From Abditibacteriaceae bacterium (GTDB lineage: Bacteria > Armatimonadota > Abditibacteriia > Abditibacteriales > Abditibacteriaceae), in NCBI GenBank assembly GCA_031372065.1, contig JANMKN010000024.1, positions 1 through 12,998 on the forward strand: DNA of 12,998 nucleotides. Reading direction: 5' to 3'. The notes beneath the pieces are model-generated. The model ran no database searches, was not told the origin of the DNA, and saw only the letters and a program-made list of their open reading frames with translations. Shown here one piece after another: positions 1 to 9,100 of this stretch; position 1 is the stretch's first letter; each line of letters starts with the position of its first letter. Both the position numbers and the translations under genes were made by a program.

Positions 1-14
1 CGCCGCTTTGGTTA

Positions 15-178
15 GAGGGCGCCTCCTTTTGACTGCGCTGTTTTTCAGCGGCACGCAGATTGCGGCACCTTAGATTTAGGCTTTGTCGCTTGCCTCCTTT
101 GGGCGACACTTGATTCGAGACGCAGCGTTTCCGTTCTCTTCTTTGCGCTGCGTTTATTCTCCTTTATATAACGAAAGG
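15..178 (+). promoter_or_regulatory. Structured 5' leader of cgs (several hairpins, three CTCCTTT anti-SD motifs); possible cis-regulatory RNA
   Basis: Inverted repeats: CGCTG/CAGCG (36-40/46-50); TGTCGC/GCGACA (84-89/103-108) with loop GCCTCCTTT (92-100); ACGCAGCG/CGCTGCGT (120-127/146-153) followed by a pyrimidine run; CCTTT/AAAGG (161-165/174-178). GCCTCCTTT occurs at 21-29 and 92-100, CTCCTTT at 159-165. Function is inferred. Confidence 0.35.
174..178 (+). promoter_or_regulatory. Putative Shine-Dalgarno (AAAGG) for cgs
   Basis: AAAGG ends 10 nt upstream of the ATG at 189. It can pair with CCTTT at 161-165. Confidence 0.5.
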
Positions 179-188
179 TCAGGCCCGC

Positions 189-3100
189 ATGCCCGACACA
201 GGATTAATTTTAGCGTTCTACCGCGATTCCCAAGCCGCGCAAGAAACTCTTGAAAGTTTGCGCCAAAACGGTTTTCGGCGAGCCGCGACATTGCAGCACC
301 AGACCGACAAACCCTTCGCCTTTAATCGGGGTGGTTTGGCGCCCGGAACTGGCGCGCTTTTAGGCGGCCTCAGCGGCCTTTTGCTGTCGCGCTTCTTGCC
401 GTTGCCCGCCTCGCTGCGCGCCGCGCACGCTTTTGTGGCTCCCACTTTAAGTGCCGTGGCAGGCGCGGGAATCGGCCATTTCGCTTCGCAAAAACTGGAA
501 AATGCCTTGCCTGCCGCGCTGATAAAACGCGAAGAGCGTTGGCTGCTGCGCGGCGAAACCATGCTCCTTGCGCAGGGAAGTTCAAATGCGTTAGCGCGCA
601 TGGTCGAAATCATCCGCGAAAGCGAAATTCCCTCTGTTTATGTTTTGCGCGACGGTTTAACGGTTACTCAAAGCAGCGCTGCCGATTCGTCGGAAAACGA
701 ACTCCATACCGGCGATCAACTGCGCGAAGCCGCGCGCAAATTGGCGCGCGAGCAGCAAAATGTGCGAATGCCAGACCGCGATTGGATGAAAGCGGCATTC
801 GCGGCGCATCATCGCATGATTGAGCGCCTGCGCGATAACGAAGAAGTCATCTTATCGGCGAACGCTTATCTGGCGCTGGCGGTGCGCCTTGGTTTGCCGG
901 TTTCCATTGCCGCTGAATGGCTGCTGGACAACGGCTATGTCATCGAAGGGCAGATCAAAGACGCCCTGAAAAATCTGTCGCCGCAGTTCTACGCCGATTT
1001 GCCGGTTTTGCCGAAAGATAGCGATAGTCCGCACGCAGGAATGCCGCGCGTTTATGCCGTCGCGGTTGAACTGATGCGCCGCACCGATTCGCGCCTCGAT
1101 AAGTTCAACATCAGCGATTGGATTAACGCTTATCAAAGTGAAACGCAACTCACGATGAGCGAATTGTGGGCGTTGCCGCTTATGCTGCGTGTGGCGATTG
1201 TGGAAAATCTGCGCAATCTTTCCGAGCAGGTCACCGAGCGTCAACGCAATCGCGAACAAGCGTCGCTGTGGGCCAATCGTTTGCTGAACGCGGCGCATCA
1301 CGACCCTGAAAAACTGCCGCTATTATTTGCCGATTTAGCACAAGATAATCCGCGTCCGGCGCCGCATTTTGCTGATCGTCTTATCAGCAACCTTTACGAT
1401 GAAGAAGCCGCGCTGTTACCGGCGCGCAGTTGGATCGAAAGCACGCTGCGCGCTTCACTGCGTGAGGTGGTGCAGGACGACCAGCGCCGTCAAGCGGTAG
1501 AGCAAGTTTCGGTTGCCAACTGCGTGACCAGCTTGCACCATTTATCGAACATGGATTGGCGCACCATGTTTGAATCGCTCAGTCTTTTGGAATCTGAACT
1601 GCGCGGCGATCCATCGGGCGTTTATGCGCGCATGGATTTTCAAACGCGCGACGATTATCGTCATCAAATCGAGCGTTTGGCGCGCGGTGCGAAGTTGCCC
1701 GAAATGGAAATCGCGCGGCGCGTCGTTGATCTGGGCAACCAAACCGATGTGGACGCGCCCGGCGTCGGTTTACGCCGTCATATCGGCTATTTTCTGAACG
1801 ATGAAGGCCAACGCGAATTCGAAGAACTGCTGCATTATCGCGCGCCTTTTTTCTTGAGCTTCAATCGCTTTATCCAAAGCAACAGCACGCCGCTTTATTT
1901 TGGCAGCATCGCCCTCGGAACCATAGGCGCTTTGCTGAGGGCGAGCCGTTTGGCGCGGCGCACAGGCGGAAAATTGGGTTGGCCGATGCTGCTTATCGGC
2001 GCCTTGCCGTCCAGCGAAGTCGCGGTGCAGATTTTAAATTATCTGGTCACGCGCACCGTGGCGTCGAAGCCGTTGCCCAAAATGAATTTCGAGGGCGGCA
2101 TTCCTGACGCGGCGCGCACTTTGGTCGTTGTGCCGACGCTGCTGCTTTCCGAAGAATCTATCGCCGATGACATCGAGCAACTCGAAATTCATTTTTTGGC
2201 GAACAGCGATGCGAATTTGCGTTTTGCGCTTTTGGGCGATTATGCCGACGCGCCGACGCAACACACTGCCGACGACAACAATTTGCTGGAAGCCGCCCAA
2301 CGCGGCATCGCGGCATTGAACGCGCGTTACAGTGCGGAATCTGACCGCTTTTTCTTGTTTCATCGCTCGCGCATTTGGAGCGAAAGCGAAGGCCGCTGGA
2401 TGGGCCGCGAACGCAAACGCGGCAAGCTCGAAGAATTAAACAATTACCTCAAAGGCGAAAGTGCGGGCAGTCCCGATGAATCGCATCCCGTCGCGGGCGA
2501 CGCGGCGCAATTAACCAGCATCAAGTTCGTCATCACCTTAGATGCCGACACGCAAATGCCGCACGATACCGCGCGACGCATGATCGAAACGATGGCACAT
2601 CCGCTGAATCGGCCCGTAGTCAGTGGGCATTTGGCGGTGGGCAGCGCGAAGAATTCGCTGAGTAACCGACCACTGACCACTGACCACCGACCACTGGTCA
2701 CGCGCGGTTATGCGATTATTCAGCCGGGCGTCAGCACGACGCTGCCGAGCGCCACGGCGACCAAGTTTTCGCGTTGGTTTAGCGACAATATCGGCCTTGA
2801 TCCGTATACGCACGTTCGCGCCGATGTTTATCAGGATTTATTTCAAGAAGGCAGTTATCACGGCAAAGGCATCTACGATTTGGATGCGTTTCACGAAGTC
2901 TTGAGCGGGCGTTTTCCACCCGCGAAATTGCTTTCGCACGACTTAATCGAAGGCGCTCATGTGCGCGTTGGTTTAGCCAGCGATATTGAACTGCTGGATG
3001 ATTTTCCTTCGACGTATTTGGCCTTTGCCAAACGCGCCCATCGCTGGATTCGTGGCGACTGGCAAATTCTCGATTGGATTTTCAATTATGTGCCGTCGGG

Positions 3101-6100
3101 CAGCGAAAAAGACCTCGCCGAATTTGGTTCGCGCACGCGCAATTTGTTGTCGCCGCTCAATCGCTGGAAAGTTTTCGACAACCTGCGCCGCAGTCTTTTG
3201 CCACCGGCCACTGTCGCGTTTTTAGTCGGCGGCTGGTTGGTTTCGCCCGGCACCGCGCTTACCGTTTCGGGCCTTGTCGGACTCAGCTTTTTGTGGCCGT
3301 TTTTCAGCGGTTTGGTGACGTGGGCCACAACCGACCCGACGAACCCGGCCAAAGTCGCGCGGATGCGGCAGGAACTGACTTCACTGCTCCCTAACTTGAT
3401 GCGCGGCGCCTTAAATGGCGCGTTGTTGCCACATCAAGCGGCGGTTTCACTGGATGCCATCGCGCGCGTTTTGTATCGGCGTTTCATCTCGCATAAATTG
3501 ATGCTCGAATGGGAAACGGCGCGCGTCGCCGGGCAAAGTTCAGCAGAGCGCGAAAAGCAGTTTTTGCTGCGTTTGTTGGGCGGTTTAGGCTTTTCGGTTT
3601 TGACGACTGTCGCGGTGCATTTTCTCAATCCGGCGGGTTTTCTTTACGCCGCGCCCTTTCTAATTTTGTGGTCAAGTTTGCCGCTCATTGTGAAGTGGCT
3701 GCACGGCCCGTATTTGCAAGAGCCGGAGCCACTGGCCGAAGATGACAAAACGTATTTGCGACAAATCGCGCGGCAAACGTGGCGCTATTTCGATGACTTT
3801 GTCGGCCCGCAAACCAACTGGCTGGCGCCCGACAATTATCAAGAACGCTTGCGGGTGGAAATCGCGCAGCGCACCAGCCCGACGAATATCGGAATGTGGC
3901 TTTTGGCTGTGGTTTCGGCCAACGATTTTGGCTACGTTTCGGGCGATGATGCTGTGGGCCGCTTGCTGCCGACTTTGCGCACTTTGGAGGCGCTCGAACG
4001 CTTTCGCGGGCACTTTTTGAACTGGTATGAAATCCAGCGCGAAGAAGCGCTGCATCCGCGCTATGTTTCCGTAGTGGACAGCGGCAACTTGTTGGGTTGT
4101 TTATGGACGCTCATTGAAAGTGTGGACGACCTGACAGGGGCGCCGGTGCTGTCGGGCAAGGCTATTCAAGGCTTGTCCGATGCTTTGGAATTATTTTGTG
4201 TGGCCTTGAAAAATGAAACCAGCCAACAACGCCTCGAAAGCGCGCTGCAAAGCGATATAGCCGCCTTGCGCCAGTTGTTTGAAGGCGAAAATTTAACGCC
4301 GCTACAAGTTGTGGAACGCTTGCGCAAGGCACAGGAACCAGCAGCGCGCCTGTCGCAACAAGCCAGAATTACAGCCCCGCTTGCCACGCAGCGCCAGAGC
4401 GCCAATTTAGCGATTGCCACTGCTGATCCGCGTTTTACCAGCAGCAACGCCGCTTATTGGGCCGCGCAAATCGAAACGCAAATCGAAGCGTGGCTGCACA
4501 TCGCTGGACGCTATTTGCCGTGGCTGGAAAAATTAGCCGAAGCGCCGGATGCGTGGCTATGGCCTTTGGGCGAAGATGCACCGGCCTTACGACGCGAAAT
4601 TTTGGCACAGGCACCTTCATTAAAAGAACTCGCCAGCGGCAACGCACACGTCTTCAAGGAATTGTTAGCGCGCCGCCAAAATGTCGTTCTCGCTGACGAG
4701 GCGGCGGCGTGGCTCGACAAAGTGCAAAGCGACTTTGAGCGCAGCCGTTGGCTGGCCGGCGAAATCATCGCGGACGCCAATGAAGTTTCCAATCGCGCCG
4801 GTAAATTGGCCGACGAAATGGATTTTCGTTTTCTTTACGACGCCGAACGCAAGCTGTTTCCCATCGGCTTCAACGTCGAAGAAATGCGTCTTGATAGCGC
4901 CTATTACGACTTGCTCGCCAGCGAATGCCGTCTTGCGAGTTTTCTTTCTGTGGCGCGCGATGAAGTGCCGGTTGAACATTGGCTCAATCTCGGACGACGC
5001 TTTGGCAAATCACCTGCGGGCACGCCGGTTTTGCTGTCGTGGAGCGGCACCATGTTCGAGTATTTGATGCCGCTAATTTTCATGCCGAACTCGGATAATT
5101 CACTGCTGGATTGGGCCTGCAAAACCGCCGTCAAAGAGCAAATCGCCTACGGCAAAGCGCGCGGCGTGCCGTGGGGCAATTCTGAAGCGGCTTTTAGTGC
5201 CTTGGACGCGCAAAAAACCTATCAATACAAGGCTTTTGGCACGCCGGTTTTGGGCCTCAAGCGTGGTCTTGAAGATGAACTTGTCGTCGCGCCCTATGCC
5301 AGCGTTATGGCGCTGATGGTCGTGCCGCAACAGGCTTTGGAAAACCTGCGCCGCCTTGATTCGTTGGCGATGCGCGGCGATTACGGCTTTTATGAAAGCA
5401 TAGATTTCAAGCATCTCGAACTGGGCGACGAAACCATTGTTTCGCCGGATCGCAGCCAAAGCAAGCGCGGCATTATCGTGCGCACTTTTATGGTGCATCA
5501 TCAAGGCATGAGCCTGCTGGCGCTCAACAACGTGTTGAACAATAACCCGCTGCAAACGCGCTTTACCCGTTTGCCTTCAGCGCGGGCGACAATGCCATTG
5601 TTACATGAAAAAATCCCTGTCGCGCCGACGATTTTGGATGAATCCGTCCGCGAAGCGCCACCCAAACCAGTAGGCTCGGTTTTGACTTCGTCTTTGCAAG
5701 ACCGCCTCAGTTCACCGAACACGCCCAGCCCTCGCGTTAATTTGCTGTCCAATGGCAACATGGCGACGATGACGACCAATGCCGGTGGCGGTTATCTGCG
5801 CTGGAAAGACTACGAAATCACCCGCTGGCGTGCCGATTCCACGCGCGATCAATGGGGCAGTTTCGTTTATATTCGTGATATGGAAAGCGGCGTCAAATGG
5901 TCGGCGGCGCATCAACCGTTGCGGCGCCCGGCGCGCTTTAGCAGCGTTTATTTCAAGCCGGAGAAAACCGAATATCATCGCCGCGACAACGACATCGAAA
6001 CCAAATTGCACGTTTGCATTTCGCCCGAAGACGATGCCGAAATTCGCCTTTTGCAACTGAGCAATTTGTCCGGCGCGCCGCGCGTTTTGGAAATCACTTC

Positions 6101-9100
6101 GTTCATGGAAGTGTGCCTCGCGCCGCACAACGCCGACCGCGCGCATCCGGCGTTTTCCAAACTGTTTGTGCAAACCGAAAGTGCTTTAGGTGGCGCGGCT
6201 TTGCTTGCCACGCGCCGTCTGCGTTCGCCGCACGAGGCGCCGATTTGGGGCGCACACGTTTTGGCGACGCCCTTAAATGGCACACTATCGTTTGAAACAG
6301 ATCGCCTCAATTTTTTGGGCCGAAATCGCACTTCCGAAGACCCACAAGCTTTAAATGGCGAACTGACCAACACAGCAGGCGCCGTGCTTGATCCGTGTTT
6401 CAGCTTGCGGCAGCGCATCGTTTTGGCACCCGGTCAGCGCGTGGATTTGGCGTTTACAACCATCGCCGGAAACTCGCGCGAAGCGGTTTTGCAACTGTGC
6501 GAAAAATACCGCGAAACCGCCGCTGCCGGGCGCGCGCTGGATTTGGCGTGGACGCACGCGCAGTTGGAAATGCATCATCTCGGTTTGGACGACGATGCTT
6601 TGCAGCAATTCCAGCATCTCGCCAGTTATATGTTGTATCCGTTCGATGCTTTGCGCGCTCCGGCCAAGCGACTGCGCCAGAATCAGCGCGGCCAATCGGG
6701 TTTGTGGGCTTTTGGCATTTCTGGCGACTTGCCGATTATGGTTTTGAACGTCGCCGACGAGCGCGATTTGCCCGCTGTGCGCGAGGCAATGATGGCTCAT
6801 GCCTTTTGGCGCGCGCGCGGCCTGAAAAGTGATTTGGTGATTCTCAACGAAGAAGCCAGCGGCTACAATCAAGACCTCAACCAGGGCCTGCGCAAAGCCG
6901 CCATCGCCGTTTCGCCGCAAATGCCGCACGAGCAACTTTTCGATCAACCCGGCGGCCTATTCCTGCGCGAAGGCGACCAATTAAACGAAGAAGATTTAAC
7001 GCTTTTGCTGGCCGTGGCGCGCGTGGTTTTGGTGGCGGCGCGCGGCTCTTTAGCGCAGCAATTAAGCAGCACGCCCGCCTTGCCGGACGCGCCGAAAAAC
7101 CTGCAAAAGCGCATCATTTCCGAACAACCGTCGGCGCCCCTGCCGTTCCTCTCGTTGGATTACTTCAACTCCATTGGCGGTTTCACGCCTGACGGCAAAG
7201 AATACGCGATTTATCTCGGCCCCGGCACGCAAACGCCGCTGCCGTGGGTTAATGTGTTCGCCAGTCCGCTTTTTGGCTCGGTTATCAGCGAATCTGGGCG
7301 CGGCTTTACATGGTATGGCAATTCGCAATCCAATCGCCTGACGCCGTGGAGTAATGATCCAGTTTCCGAAGGCGCTTCTGACAGCATTTATATCCGCGAC
7401 GAAGAGACCGGCGCTTTTTGGACAACAACTCCGCTGCCGATTCGGGAAAACGATGCTTATCGCACAAGGCATGGGCAAGGCTATTCGGTTTTTGAACACA
7501 ATAGCCACGCCCTTGAGCAAGAACTCACGATGTTTGTGCCGCTGGACGGCGCGATGGGCGAAAACTCGCCGCCGATTCGGGTGGCGCGCTTGAAACTCAA
7601 AAACGCCTCGTCGCGCAAGCGGCGCTTGCGCGTGACGCAATTTACCGACTGGGTTTTGGGCACCACGCGTGAAGAAATGCAAGCACACATCGTCACGCAA
7701 TGGGACAGTGCCGAGAAAATCCTGCTCGCGCGCAATCATTATCGCCCCGATTTCAGCAACCGCATCGCCTTTGCTTCGGCCAGCCCGCAGCCGCGTTCGT
7801 GGAGCAGTGACCGCACCGCGTTTTTGGGCCGCAATGGTTCGCCCTCGCGCCCTTTGGCGATGGATAAAGAGCATCTTGATGAGCGCACCGGCGCCGGTTT
7901 CGATTGCTGCGCGGCCATTCAGGTGATGGTAGATTTGGCGCCCGGCGAAACAACCGAAGTCATCTTTTTGCTGGGCGAAGCGGGCGATTTGGAAGAAGCG
8001 CGCCATTTGGTGCGCCGCTTCCGCAACGGCGAAGAAGTGGAGCGAACGCTGCGCCAAACGCAAAAATGGTGGGACGACTTTTTAGGCACTTTGGAAGTGG
8101 ACGTGCCGATTGCCGGCGTCAACTTTTTGCTCAACCGCTGGCTGCCTTATCAAGCCTTAAGCTGCCGCGTCTGGGGTCGAAGCGCGTGGTATCAATCGGG
8201 CGGCGCCTTTGGTTTCCGCGACCAGTTGCAAGACGTGATGGCCTTTATGCATTCGCGCCCGCAAATCGCCCGCGAACAAATTTTACGCGCCGCCGCGCAT
8301 CAGTTTGAAGAAGGCGACGTGCAACATTGGTGGCATCCACCGTCAGATGCCGGAGTGCGCACGCGCTTTGCTGACGACTTGTTGTGGATGCCTTTCGTCA
8401 CAGCGCATTACATCGAAACAACCGGCGATGCTGCGATTTTAGATGAAATTGTCGGCTTCCTCAAAGGCGCGCCGCTGGCCGATGACGAACACGAGGTTTA
8501 CAATCAGCCGCAGCATTCCGAGCAAAGTGCCACGCTTTTTGAACATTGCCGCCGCGCCATCGAAAAAGGCTGCACTTATGGCCCACATCGCTTGCCTCTG
8601 ATTGGCACCGGCGACTGGAACGATGGCCTCAATCGCGTCGGCGTGGATGGCAAAGGCGAAAGCGTATGGATGGCGTGGTTCTTGGGTGATGTTTTGCACA
8701 AATTCGCCGCTATTTGCCAGTCGCGTGGCGAAAAAACTTTAGCCGACGATTTTCTTCAGCGCGCCAAAGATTACATCAAATCCACCGAAGACGAGGCGTG
8801 GGACGGCGAATGGTATGTGCGCGCTTTCTTTGACGACGGCTCGCCGATGGGCGCCAAAGCCAATCTCGAAGCGCAAATAGATTCGCTGCCGCAAAGCTGG
8901 GCTGTTTTAACTGGCTTGGGCGATAAAAAGCGCGCCGACCAAGCCCTGCAAGCGGCTTATGAGCGTTTGGTTTTGCAAGATGAAGACATGATTCTCTTGT
9001 TCACACCGGCGTTTGACCAAACCGATCAAGACCCCGGCTACATCAAAGGCTATTTGCCCGGCGTGCGCGAAAACGGCGGCCAATACACCCACGCCGCAAC

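Noticed and set aside
2666..2700. Heptamer repeats as a CRISPR array or phase-variable frameshift tract
   Set aside because: The units are 7 bp with no spacers and no cas genes. Only two adjacent units are identical and the frame is intact, so slippage-based switching is not supported.
7062..8063. 333-aa antisense ORF, plus the many other 60-200 aa ORFs nested in cgs
   Set aside because: These lie wholly within a motif-rich gene, are Arg/Ala-rich with no recognisable motifs, and are typical shadow ORFs of GC-rich codon usage.
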